DNA of 64,000 bases from Octopus sinensis (taxonomy: Eukaryota). The position numbers and the translations under genes were made by a program. Position 1 is the stretch's first letter, and every line of letters starts with the position of its first letter. The notes beneath the pieces are model-generated. The model worked only from the letters and a program-made list of their open reading frames with translations, was not told where the DNA came from and ran no database searches. Location of the stretch: NCBI RefSeq assembly GCF_006345805.1, contig NC_043025.1, positions 8,432,001-8,496,000 on the forward strand, in the 5' to 3' direction. Positions 48,567 to 61,596 of the stretch are shown here, piece after piece.

Positions 48567-50413
48567 TTACTTGTTTCAGTCATTTGACTGCGGCCATGCT
48601 GGAGCACCGCCTTTAGTCAAGCAGATCGACCCCCAGGACTTATTCTTTGTAAGCCCAGTACTTATTCTATCGGTCTCTTTTTGCCGAACCGCTAAGTGAC
48701 GGGGACATAAACACACCAGCATCGGTTGTCAAGCAATGCTAGGGGGACAAACACAGACACACAAACATATACACACACATACATACGACAGGCTTCTTTC
48801 AGTTTCCATCTACCAAATCCACTCACAAGGCATTGGTCGGCCCGGGGCTATAGCAGAAGACACTTGCCCAAGGTGCCACGCAGTGGGACTGAACCCGGAA
48901 CCATGTGGTTGGTTAGCAAGCTACTTACCACACAGCCACATATATATATAAGATGTTCTGGGTTCAGTGCTACAGTGTGGCATTTAGGGCAAGTGTCTTC
49001 TACTATAGCCTCAGGCCAACCAAAGCCTTGTGAGTGGATTTGGTAGAAGGAAACTGAAAGAAGCTGTTGTATCGATGTATGTGTCTGTATTTGTCCCCTG
49101 CCACTGCTTGACAACCGGTGTTGGTTTCTTTACATCCATATAACTTAGCAGCTCAATAAAACGAGACCAATATAAAGTACCAGGCTTTTTAAAAATAAAA
49201 TAGTACTAGGGTCGATTCATTTGAAGTTCTCCAAGGTGGTGCCCCAGCATGGCCGCAGTAAAAAAAGAAAATACTCAAGTGTACACTAATCAAGCAGACC
49301 AAGAATCATAGTTAATCAAGTTATGACCATCCAGTATTTTATTCAAATTTGTCTAAAACTACACAAGTTAGAATGTCCCTTTTTAAAAAATTAGTAAAGT
49401 TCGATTTTAAGGAGATTTTGCCTGCTATTTCTAGCAGATGGTGAAACCACATAGAGGAACAGCAATAGAAGTACCTATACCGAAGGATCGCCAAATAATC
49501 GTATTCTACACCACCTGTAAAGTATTTGTAGAAGATTGCATTAAAAAATATCAATTTTTCTGAAAGTTATATGGAAGCAAAAAATTGACGGAGTGGGGCA
49601 CACAAGTGTAGGTGTGCCTTCAAATTCAATGGATGAATTTGATTAAAACTGTCTTTTGTATTTAATGGTAATTTAATTTATCGACTCCAGGTGTCTAATT
49701 GGGAAAGTTCGACGTAGCTAAACACCTAAGGGCTTTGCACCATCGTCCGTACCAAAACCATTATCACAATAAGAGCGAACGAGACTTTTAGTAAAAAGCG
49801 TTCGACCTGCTAGAAATAGCAGTTAATACATCTAATTCAAATCACCCCTCACCGTCTTAGAGAAGGTCATGTGCGTTTAATGTGGTCTTTTGTTTCTTGT
49901 ATGGAGGAAAAGACGGGGTGGTCACGTTGGACTATTTTTGGTGATATATCTACCCGATCAGATCTCACCCGGGGCTAAATCAAAACAGCCTCCAGGTCTG
50001 TGATCCAACTATAAACATAGAAGAGCTTCTTTCATGGCTCCTCCACCTGCTAGAAATAGCAGCCAAATTCTCGCTCTGATCTCACTCTTGACTATATTAG
50101 AAAAAAAAAGGACACATTCGATAATATCATAAAAAAACAAGGACAGGAGTGTCAAGGCTGGAATGCATTTGATCATAGTTGACCGTGGGCCAAGCAGTAA
50201 CAACTTCTATTGCTGTTCCTCTATGTGGTTTGACCATCTGCTAGAAATAGCAGGCAAAATCTCCTTAAAATCAAACCTTGCTAATTTTTTTACTAAGGGA
50301 CATTCTGACTTGTGTAGTTTTAGACAAAATTGAATAAAATACTGGATGGTCATAACTGGATAACAGAAACCCTTTTCTCCCACCTCTAACCCTAACCCCC
50401 CATATATATATAT

Positions 50414-50460
<47 letters not shown>

Positions 50461-51063
50461 ACTTTCTTGAAATGTATCCGGAACTTCCGGTACCTATACC
50501 GAAGTTACGCCGATTATTTTGGGATTTTGTGTGTTTTAAAAACAAGAAAAGGAAAAGAAAGGGAAATTGGTGAGCACACATACATACCGACAAACATTAG
50601 TAAGGTTGGATTTTAAGGAGATTTTGCCCGCTATTTCTAGCAGATGGCGAAACCACATAGAGGAACAGCAATAGAAGTTGTTACTGCTTGGCCCACGGTC
50701 AACTATGATCAAATGCATTCCAGCCTTGACACTCCCGTCCTTGTTTTTTTATGCTATTATCGTATAAAATTTAAAGTTCCATTTTATAGATTTATGTGAT
50801 GTGTGATGTATATTTCCATAATTAATCGTAATCTACCCCATCTGAAAGGTGTTTACTCTCTACTCTTTTACTTGTTTCAGTCATTTTGATTGCGGCCATG
50901 CTGGAGCACCGCCTTTAGTCGACCCCGGGACTTATTTTTTGTAAGCCCAGTGCTTATTCTATCGGTCTCTTTTGCCGAACCGCTAAGTGACGGGGACGTA
51001 AACACACCAGCATCGGTTGTCAAGCAATGCTAGGGGGACAAACACAGACACACACACACACAC

Positions 51064-51096
<33 letters not shown>

Positions 51097-51682
51097 CGAC
51101 AGGCTTCTTTCAGTTTCCGTCTACCAAATCCACTCACAAGGCATTGGTCGGCCCGGGGCTATAGTAGAAGACACTTGCCCAAGATGCCACGCAGTGGGAC
51201 TGAACCCGGAACCATGTGGTTGGTGAGCAAGCTACTTACCACACAGCCACCCCTGCGCCTATAGAAGATTTGTAGAAGATTTGATTAAAAAATACCAATT
51301 TTTATTCTTTTAAAGCTATGCAGAAACGAAGTCGGTGGAGGGGGCACGTTTATGTAGGTATGCCTACAAATTAAAAAGATTGATGTATATGATGGTACTT
51401 TTATTTTATCAACCTCAGATGGGTGTAAAAGATAAAGTCGACATCGGCGGGATTTGAAGTCAGAACTTAAACAGACGTACGTAAACACCGCAAGGCACGA
51501 CCTATTCCGCCCTGGCACCATCATGCATACCAAAACAGCTTGCTTACCAACCACATAGTTCCGGGTTCAGTCCCACTGCGTGGCACCTTGGGCAAGTGTC
51601 TTCTGCTACAGCCCCGGGCTGACCAAAGCCTTGTGAGTGGATTTGGTAGACGGAAACTGAAAGAAGCCCATCGTATATATGT

Positions 51683-51718
<36 letters not shown>

Positions 51719-52150
51719 TTATATATATATATATATATATATATAGGCGCAGGAGTAGCTGTGTGGTAAGTAGCTTGCTCACCAACCACATGGTTCTGGG
51801 TTCAGTCCCACTGCATGGCACCTTGGGCAAGTGTCTTCTGCTATAGCCCGGGCCAACCAATGCCTTGTGAGTGGATTTGGTAGACGGAAACTGAAAGAAG
51901 CCCGTCGTATATATGTATATATAATGTATATGTGTGTGTGTGTTTGTGTGTCTGTGTTTGTCCCCCTAGCATTGCTTGACAACCGATGGTGGTGTGTTTA
52001 TGTCCCCGTCACTTAGCGGTTCGGCAAAAGAGACTGATAGAATAAGTACTGGGCTTACAAAAGAATAAGTCCCGGGGTCGATTTGCTCGACTAAAGGCGG
52101 TGCTCCAGCATGGCCGCAGTCAAATGACTGGAAACAAGTAAAAGAGAGAG
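48565..52150. mobile_element. Dense family A SINE cluster (-: 48565-48940, 50855-51262; +: 51535-51690, 51745-52150) with a ~155-bp-arm inverted repeat at 50125-50752
   Basis: Direct matches among the copies. The IR arms share CTGCTAGAAATAGC..AAAATCTCCTTAAAATC. Confidence 0.78.
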
Positions 52151-52225
52151 ACCACCACCATTAGAGGAAAGGCGGTGTTGGTCGAAAGGAGACTGAATGT
52201 CAAACGAGAAAAACTCTTCACTTAC

Positions 52226-52532
52226 CTCGGTCCCTGGCTCGGGTTTTCATTTTATCCAGATTGTAAACCTCAATTACAAAGTTATTCGGTGTGTCCGGAG
52301 GCCGAGGGGCCTGGAAACCATTTGTGGCCATCAGAGCAGGGTTAGCGGTCAGCTTGTGGTTTTCCACGGGAACGGGTAGGGAACCGGGTAGCGAGGCCAC
52401 ACCGGACGACACGACTGTGTTCACACTGTTGTTGGTGTTGCTCTTGCTGTGGTCGGTGTTGTAGAAGCTGTTGAAGTGGTCACCGGACAATAGGGAGACG
52501 TTGACCCCCTCTTTTCTTTCCATTTCAAGTCT
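52226..52532 (-). CDS. Upstream coding exon of the zinc-finger gene (5' boundary uncertain; in-frame ATG at 52523)
   Basis: GC-richer open frame RLEMERKEGVNVSLLSGDHF...KMKTRARDR-G|gtaagt. The phase 1 donor joins the phase 1 acceptor at 40760 to give GAT (D-ASPNTK). Candidate acceptor attcag|AGA. Confidence 0.72.
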
Positions 52533-53379
52533 CTGAATATATTTGCGTACTTCACTTGCGCTGGTCTTGAGGTCGTTGTTTAAACCACAGGTCAATCCTA
52601 GACGGACAGACCTATGATCAAAGACATCCAAGTGGCCATCCCGTATGCCTGATGTTAAAGCTAATGTATATTTAAAACTACATTATCCATGTCCTTCTTT
52701 AAAGACAGTAACGGTGTATGTAATTTGAGAGATTTCAATGCTATTTCTCACAAGTCATGGAATCAATTGCTCGTTTTGTGGTTGTTGCTGGTGTTATGTA
52801 ACTATTTAGACCTAAGTCAACCCTAATAAAACAAATCTGCTATCAAAAGGTTCTCAATTCACAACCATCGCGTTTTTTCTCTTGGAATAGTGTACGTTGG
52901 ACTACATTATTCAATGTGTCTCTATGTGTGTGAATGTGTGCACATGTGTGTGTGTGTGTGCTTTAAAGACGGTGAGACAAGTTTTAACTGCTATTTCTAG
53001 CAAGTTAAGTGACGGCATAGAGGAATCCTGGAAGTCATATTATTATTATTGTTGTTGTTGTTGTTTCTGGAAGAACTTAATGAGAAATTAGATAAACAAA
53101 ATTGGAAATTAAAAAAAAAAAAGTTAAAAAACAAGTCTTCACACACTTAATTGCCCGAATTAGTGCCCTAATTTTTTTTTATCCGGGGGTTCGAACACAC
53201 ACGAATTTCCAAAGATAAGAAACGAACCCCCGCGCCACAAGAATCACCACAGACAACAACAACAACAACAACAACACAAACAATTATGTCATTTACAATA
53301 AACTATAAATAAATACAGAAATGTGTTGTGTCCCGGATAAACGTCAATCTCTGGGTTTCTACACAACACTGTGTCTATG

Positions 53380-53505
53380 TATGTATGTATGTGCGTATAT
53401 ATATATATAAATGTTATTCTATAAATACATTTATGGTTGTGTTTACGTGTTTATATATACATGTATGTGTGTGTGTATATATGTGTGTGTGTGTATATGT
53501 GAATG

Positions 53506-53543
<38 letters not shown>

Positions 53544-53834
53544 ATGTATGTGTGTATATATATAAATGTTATTCTATAAATACATTTAGGCTTGTGTTTA
53601 TATATACGTGTGTATATGAATGTGCATATATATATATATATGTGTGTGTGTGTATATAAATGTTATTCTATAAATACATTTAAGCTTGTGTTTACGTGTT
53701 TATATATACTTGTTTGTCCCCTCTGTGTTTAGCCCCTTGTGGGTAGTAAAGAAATATATATATATACGTGTGTATGTGAATGTGCACGTGTGTGTGTATA
53801 TATATATATATATGTGTGTGTGTGTATGTGAATG

Positions 53835-53870
<36 letters not shown>

Positions 53871-54440
53871 AATGTTATTCTATAAATACATTTATGCTTG
53901 TTTACCTGTTTATATATACGTGTGTATGTGAATATACATGTATGTGTATATATATATATATATATATGTGTGTATAAATGTTAATCTATAAATACATTTA
54001 TGCTTGTTTACGTGTTTATGTGAATATGCATGTATATATATATATATATATATGTATATGTGTGTGTGGGTGTATATAAATTCCTCTATAAGTACATTTG
54101 TGTCTATATGTGTTTACGCACACACACACACACATATATATATACATGTGTGTGTGTGTTTACGTGTGTGTGTGTTTACGTGTGTGTATATGTGATATAA
54201 AGAATGTGAAATTGATTCCGGAGACGGTAAACATACAACATATATACATCCGCGTGTTTTGTTGTTGTATACATACATATACGCATCTATACACCTAAAC
54301 ACACACACACAGGCATATATATCTATATGTATATCTGCCTATCTACACATAAAGAGAAAAAGATACGTATATATCCATTATACATGTATATATATTGCGT
54401 ATATATCCGTAATACATGTATGTATATTGTGTATATATTT
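53380..54440. repeat. Compound microsatellite region with a recurring AAATGTTATTCTATAAATACATTT motif
   Basis: The motif occurs at ~53407, 53562, 53656, 53868 and 53974, separated by (TA)/(TG) runs. Confidence 0.85.
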
Positions 54441-54649
54441 ACAAATGCAAAAGACACCTGGTGGCCAGTGGAACTCTTCAGTGCCGAAAACGAGGAAGAG
54501 TGTACTTTCACGTCTCCCTTCGCTGGAGAGTGTCAGCCAATCAGTATAAAAGCGAAGCTGTCGGTGGCGGTTGGAGTCCAGCTTGGGAGTTGCCGGTTGG
54601 AAGAAGCGATACGCTAGGCCGATTATTGAAGTCATTGGATCTTTTCGGG

Positions 54650-55400
54650 GAATTTCAACCGTGTTTCGTGGTCTGCTACCACAAATAGCTCCTTTTATAA
54701 AGGATCCAGTTAGCTCAAAACATCATCAGGAGGAACCACGTCCGCTTTCGGACCCCTACTCCTCTACCGTTTTGACGTGGCGAGGGCCCCCTTTCGGAGG
54801 TGTCTTCGTTCTTCTTCTTTCTTCTGTTCCCTGGCCTCTTTGATGTATCGTCAGCGAGTGTCAGCCGGTGACTGACAGTCTCTGAGGAATTTCAACCGTG
54901 TTTCGTGGTCTGCTACCACAACAGCTCCTTTTTAGGATCCAGTTAGCTCAAGACATCATCAGGAGGAACCACGACCGGTTTCGGCCCCTACTCCTCTACC
55001 GATTTGACATGGCGGGGTCCCTACTTTCGGAGGTGTCTTCAGATCTGGTGTTGGGTGGTTCAGTCCCACTGCTAAGCACCCTAGGCAAGCATCTTCTACT
55101 TTATCCCCCAGATTGGTGAACTTGGTAAATGGAAACTAAATGAATCCTCTCATATATACACTGAGGAATTTCAACCGTGTTTCGTGGTGTGCTACCACAA
55201 CAGCTCCTTTATAGGATCCAGTTAGCTCAAGACATCATCAGGAGGAACCACGTCCGGTTTCGGCCCCTACTCCTCTACCATTTTGACGTATCCCCCGCTT
55301 TCGGAGGTGTCTTCAGCTCTGGTGTTGGGTGCATGTTTTCTTTCTGCTGTTCCCTGGCCTCTTCGATAAATCGTCAGCCGGTGACTGACTGTCTTGTCAA
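54650..55400 (-). repeat. Three tandem ~240-280-bp units with a hammerhead-like (type III topology) motif
   Basis: Units start at ~54650, 54888 and 55166. Minus strand reads GTA-GAGGAG...TTCCTC-CTGATGA-T..~50 nt..C-GAAAC. Confidence 0.6.
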
Positions 55401-55432
55401 ATTTCCCCCTTTAAATTTGACAAGAGAAATTT

Positions 55433-55833
55433 TTTGAACGGCAGTTTTTTCTAGCGGTGTCATATGAAATTGTCACCCGAAATTATGACCCTAGTATCGA
55501 TCTATTGCATTTCAATCTATTTTAGGGTTATGGGTGGAGGGAAGGGTATCTTATTTTTCTTCACAAATGTAAATAAACCCAATCTGTTTCTTAAACGAGG
55601 GACATATTCATACAGCACAGAATGTTTTTTACCTCAATAGACGTCACTGATTGGTTGAAATTGCAGAAATTGAAGAAAAAAACCCAACAAATATCTTACA
55701 AACTATAGAATTTTCTCAATAAAGCCAAGAGAAAAAGATGTTTTATAAACACATTCTACCAGTATACGAAGTTTAAAAGTGTTTAGTTACGTGGAAATTA
55801 TTTTAAAAACTGCCGTTCAAACCGGAAGGATCC
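55433..55833 (+). mobile_element. MITE-like DNA element with TIRs
   Basis: TTTGAACGGCAGTTTT...AAAACTGCCGTTCAAA; the body matches 41859-42113. Confidence 0.7.
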
Positions 55834-56009
55834 AAGTCATGGGTACTCTGAACAGTTGCCCGGGGGGACTCAACTCTGATCTTTGTGTGCTGCAGTTTGC
55901 TATCAATAAATAAATAAATACTATATGGCCCAGAAGAGATTTGCCTGGAAGTATATTATGCTGGTACGACAGCTCCGAACCCTACATGCATTCACGGTGC
56001 TGTCCTAAG

Positions 56010-57750
56010 TCATGTGCTGGAGCATCGCCTTTAGTCGAGTAAATCGACCCCAGGACTTATTCTTTGTAAGCCCAGTACTTATTCTATCAGTCTCTTTTGC
56101 CGAACCGCTATGTTACAGGGACATAAACACACCAACATCGGTTGTCAAGAGATGTTAGGGGAACAACCACAGTCACACAAACATACACCCGGAACCATGT
56201 GGTTGGTAAACAAGCTTCTTACCACACAGCCACTCCTGCGCCTATTGATAAGTTGAAAGGAAAGGAGAAGAGCAAAAGAAGAAGGAAAGAAAAAGAGTGT
56301 AAGGTGAAGAGAGAGAGAGAGTGTTGTGTATTCAGTCTATAAAATTGTGTGTAAAGTATATAAAGTGTATATATAAAGTTCATTAAGTAATCATCGTATT
56401 CCACTTTCCTTCACTTTTCAATGATTAACAGATGAGTGACTATCTTTCCATACAGACATGACCCAGGCCACACTTTCAGGTTTTTGGGATGTTTTCAGAA
56501 ATAACCCAATAAGTTTACCATTAATTCCAGGAAATGTTCACAGGTACTGCTACTAACAATAATTATAATTGTTGTTGATGTTCTTCCTCGTGGCTGTGTG
56601 GTAAGTAGCTTGCTTACGAACCACATGGTTCCGGGTTCAGTCCCACTGCGTGGCACCTTGGGCAAGTGTCTTCTACTATAGCCTCGGGACGACCAAAGCC
56701 TTGTGAGTGGATTTGGTAGACGGAAACTGAAAGAAGCCCGTCGTATATATATATATATATAGGCGCAGGAGTGACTGTGTGGTAAGTAGCTTGCTTACGA
56801 ACCACATGGTTCCGAGTTCAGTCCCACTGTGTGGCACCTTGGGCATGTGTCTTCTGCTATAGCCTTGGGCCGACCAATGCCTTGTGAGTGAATTTGGTAG
56901 ACGGAAACTGAAAGAAGCCCATTGTATATATGTATGTGTGTCTGTGGTTGTTCCCTTAACATCGCTTGACAACCGATGATGGTGTGTTTACATCCCCATA
57001 ACTTAGCAGTTCGGCAAAAGAGACCGATAGAATAAGTACTAGGTTTACAAAGAATAAGTCCCAGGATCGATTTGCTCGACTAAAGGCGGTGCTCCAGCAT
57101 GGCCACAGTCAAATGACTGAAACAAGTAAAAGAGTAACAGAGTGTTGGGCCTGATGGAGGCAAACTGACTGAGCACCTTTTGAGTGCTGGGTCTCACGGA
57201 GGCAAGATGGCTGAGTTCCTTTTGAGTGCTGGGTCTCACGGAGGCAAAGTGGCCGAGCTCCTTTTGAGTGTTGGGCCACATGGAGGCAATGACCAAGACC
57301 ATGAGGTCATGCTTGAGAAGAAGACCCATCAAGCTGAGAAAAATCGCAGTCATGGCAGACACCAGTGTCACGCAAATGGCACCAATGCTGGTCACACGTA
57401 AAAGCACCCACTACACCCTCAGAGTGGGTGGCACTGGGAATTGGCATCCAGCCATAGAAAACCATGCTAAATCGGAGTGGAGCGTGGCACAGCGTGCCAG
57501 CCCAGTCAAACAGTCGAACCCATGGGGCGCACATGAATAGTCGTAACCGGTCCCGGTTTTTACCATGGGCGGTGCCATCGCGCCTTGAGAGGTGTCCATC
57601 GCCAAAAGCAAGCCCCGCCACCGGTGCCCGCTCTGCCCGCTCTGCCGCTCGCACGTCCCTCATTCGTGCACACTCGCTGGGGCGGGAGGCGGGGCTCACA
57701 AGAGGGGTCGGTCGAACATGGGCAACGGATGTTAAATGATGATGATGCTG
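56010..57750. mobile_element. SINE A copies (-: 56010-56245; +: 56590-57137) and an RTE-UTR-type element (+: 57140-57750) with a 42-bp x4 internal repeat
   Basis: Family motifs; TGAGTG(C/T)TGGG..GGAGGCAA is repeated four times at 57140-57290. Confidence 0.72.
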
Positions 57751-59767
57751 AGTGGGAAAGTTTGTAAAACTGAGGGAAGATGCTGCCATGGCTAAGTCCA
57801 TCTTGGCTCCTACTAGGTTTGAATTAATAAAGAACTACTAATGTACAGGATCAATTCTAAACATCTGGCGTTAGGAAGGGCATCCAACCGTAGAAACACT
57901 GCCAGGTCAGACTGGAGCCTGGTGCAGCCTCCTGGCTTCCCAGACCCCAGTTGAACCATCCAACCCATGGTAGCATGGAAAGCAGACGCTAAACGATGAT
58001 GATGATGATGATCTGCTTCTATTCCCTTAAATTGATAGTTTTGTACCTATGTAAGAAATCATTATTAAGGTGACTTTGCCTTTCATCCTCCTGGGGTCAA
58101 CAAAATACCAGCTGAGCACTAAGGTGGTAGGGTTGAATCTATCAACTAGCTCCCTCCCCCAAAATTGCAGGCCTTGTGCCAAAAATTTGAAACCATTATT
58201 ATTATTATTATTATTGAGTGAGAGAGCAGTGCATGCCATCAAAGTGACACTGGGGTAAAATATACGAAGCCCAGTGTACCCATCATGACTACCCGTCTGA
58301 TAAGGGTACACTAGGCACATGCATCACAACCTTATGTGTGCGACATGGTGATCTCATATCAAGATAAACAGCGCATGACCTTGCAGGTGGGGCCCAGTTA
58401 GAATTTTCTTCATGTCGAGTAGCCCATCCTACTCAAAAGGTTTAAGGATGTTGAATGGAACACCCATGTTTCCAGAGGTGAATTATCCAAATCCTAAAGA
58501 ATCCCTCTCAACACATGGCTATGATGCTCCCCCACTACTTCTGCTCATGATCAGAGATGCACATATCGCCAGCCACTAAGGGACATGCTCGACTGGTTAA
58601 GGCCAAACAAATCTGTGGTATTGAGCAGAATATTTGTTGTAGGCCATCTTATTATTTAAGGCAGCAAGGTGGCAGAATCGTTAGCATGCCAGGTAAAATG
58701 CTTAGCAGCATTTCATGTCTTTACATTCTGAGTTCAAATTCCACCAAGGTCGACTTTGCCTTTCATCCTTTCAGAGTCAATATATTAAGGATCAATTGCA
58801 TACTGGGGTTGATCTAATTGACTGATTCACCTCCAACAAAATTTCAGGTCTTGTAACTATAGTGGAAAGGAGGATGATTATTATTATTATTATTAAGGCA
58901 GCAAGCTGGCAGAATTGTTAGCAGCCTGGGAAAAATGCCTGGTGGCATTCTGTCCATCATAATGTTCCAAGTTCTTTGATGTATCGTCAGCAAGTGTCAG
59001 CCGATGACTGACTGACTTGTCAAATGTTTCCCCTTAAATACCTGCCGCTAGGCTCCAGCAGGCAGCCCCGGCAAGTTGTCACATGACACTGTCTCACCTT
59101 AACTGACTAGTGAAGGCGCATAGTTTTAGAGTTACATCTCTTTAGGTTAAGAGTTCAAATCTATCATGTTCCATTTTTTTGTCATTTATCCAATGCGGCA
59201 AAGAAAAAAAGTTTTCAGTTCGAATCACACGTGTCTCAAGGTGTGCTGGGGAATTTCTAATTTGGATATATTAGGGGTACTTAATTGTGCTCATGACATA
59301 GTGTTTGCTTCTTCCATGGGTATAAGAAAGTATTTCATTTATTTCTTACCGTATTTATCGCTGATGAGGAGAAAATTCTTATGAATTAACTTTAAAATTC
59401 GGACTGATAGAATAATAACGGAATTTTTTAGAAATTTTTGTCGGCTTACCTCGAGATGCGTGCTTATAGTGATGAATTATATGGTTATTGACGATGTGTC
59501 TATTTTCGGCATATTTGGCATTAGAACTTTTCTTCTTTTGTCCTTGTTTATAAGTTGTTTATATATATATATTTTCTTTTATTCTTTTACTTATTTCAAT
59601 CATGTAACTGCAGCCATACTGGAGCACCACCTTGAAATGCTTTTGCCCACAGGGAGACATGATCCTCAAATTAAAAGTCTGATGCTCTACCAACTGATAT
59701 TTATGCGTGTATAAATGAGTGTATATACACATATATATATATACACACATTAAATGATATATATACA

Positions 59768-60160
59768 TAGGCGTAGGAGTGGCTGTGTGGTAAGTAGCTT
59801 GCTAACCAACCACATGGTTTCGGGTTCAGTCCCACTGTGTGGCATCTTGGGCAAGTGTCTTCTGCTATAGCCCCGGGTCGACCAATGCCTTGTGAGTGGA
59901 TTTGGTAGACGGAAACTTAAAGAAGACTGTCATATATATGTATATATATATATATGTGTGTGTCTGTGTTTGTCCCCCTAGCATTGCTTGATAACCGATG
60001 CTGGTGTGTTTACGTCCCCGTAACTTAGCGGTTCGGCAAAAAGAGACCGATAGAATAAGTACTGGGCTTACAAAGAATAAGTCCTGGAGTCGATTTGCTC
60101 GACTAAAGGTGGTGCTCCAGCATGGCTGCATTCAAATGACTGAAACAAGTAAAAGAAAAA
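59768..60160 (+). mobile_element. SINE family A, full length
   Basis: Complete head and tail. Confidence 0.88.
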
Positions 60161-60959
60161 AATATATATATATATATATATAATATAATATATATGTGTC
60201 TGTGCTTCTTTCCCCCATCACCGCTTGACAACCAGTGTTGGTGTGTTTATATCCCCATAACATACGGGGATATAAAAGAGACCAATAGAATAAGAACTGG
60301 GCTTAAAAAGAAAAAGGCCTGGGATCGATTTGTTCGACTAAAACCCTTCAAGGCGGTGCTCCAGCATGGCAACAGTCAAATGACTGAAATTAGTAAAAGA
60401 TAAAAGGCCAATTATAAAATAGCTTTAATATCTTTAAAATATACATTGGTGTCCAGAATGAGGAACTCGCTTAAGGTCTGAAGCCAAGGTGGGGGACCAA
60501 CCACACTTACACATAGACATGCAGATACATACATACACACACACATATATATGCATACATACACACACACATATATATATGCAAATATACAAACTCTCAT
60601 ACACACTAACGCACATACATACAAGCACATATACAAATGCTCATACTATCTCACACATACACACGGAAACACATTGAGACATCTGTATGTATGTGTGTGT
60701 GTGTAAACAGACATTCATACATACACAAACACACACTCACAAACATACTGACTGCAATAAATATACAGTTTCATACACACACATATCATAATTTATAGAT
60801 ATTTATACACACACACACACAAAACTAAACTATATATATACACTCTGTTTCATACACACATATAATTTATAGATATTCATAAACACACACACACATGCAC
60901 ACACACACACACACATACACATGCACACACACACACACACATGCACACACACACAAACT

Positions 60960-61255
60960 CTCCCATCATAAAACGCCGGCTGAGGGTTCCACAGAGTCTT
61001 GCCGAATGACCTGCACAGATGCTTTGTTTGCAGTCATTAAATGTTTGTGCTGTTGCATTGGCTCGCATCCTGCATTAGATCAGCATCGCCTGTACAGGTA
61101 CAACAAGTGCGTCGCATGTCAGGAGCCGAAAAAACCGATGAGCAACATGAGATGAAGTGTTTTGCTCAAGAACACAATGCACTGGCCCTGTCCGGGAATC
61201 GAAACCACAATCTCACAATTGTGAATGCAACACTGTAACCACAAGGCCACACACT
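60960..61255 (-). mobile_element. tRNA-like SINE (family D)
   Basis: Minus strand reads GTGGCCTTGTGGTTACAG..GGTTTCGATTCCCGG..TGTGTTCTTGAGCAAAACACTT. A related copy lies at ~22500-22650. Confidence 0.65.
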
Positions 61256-61276
61256 TTCACATATACACACACACAC

Positions 61277-61308
<32 letters not shown>

Positions 61309-61354
61309 GTATACCATCATTGTTTAACGTCCTCCTTCCATGCCGGTATGAGTT

Positions 61355-61401
<47 letters not shown>

Positions 61402-61487
61402 TATAACGCACATCCCGAGCATTATACTAATACATCTGTTTGTTGTCTACACCACCTGTCTTCATCTTGTCTTTGTTCTGAATTCTT

Positions 61488-61536
<49 letters not shown>

Positions 61537-61596
61537 ATATATATAGCAATAATAAATCTCTGAACGAGGTATAAACAGTAACTGCACGACAACGTA

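Noticed and set aside
52533-52631. TTG-initiated N-terminus of ORF 52218-52631
   Set aside because: It overlaps a copy of the GACCTATGATCAAAG repeat family and has a non-ATG start, so it is probably intronic.
57045-57801. 120-164-aa ORFs
   Set aside because: They span SINE and RTE-UTR repeats, a 42-bp tandem and a GC-rich insert. No recognisable protein was found.
59355-59475. CTGATGAGGAG...CCTC-GAGA-TGCGTG
   Set aside because: GAAA and the UH triplet are not intact and stem I is not supported.
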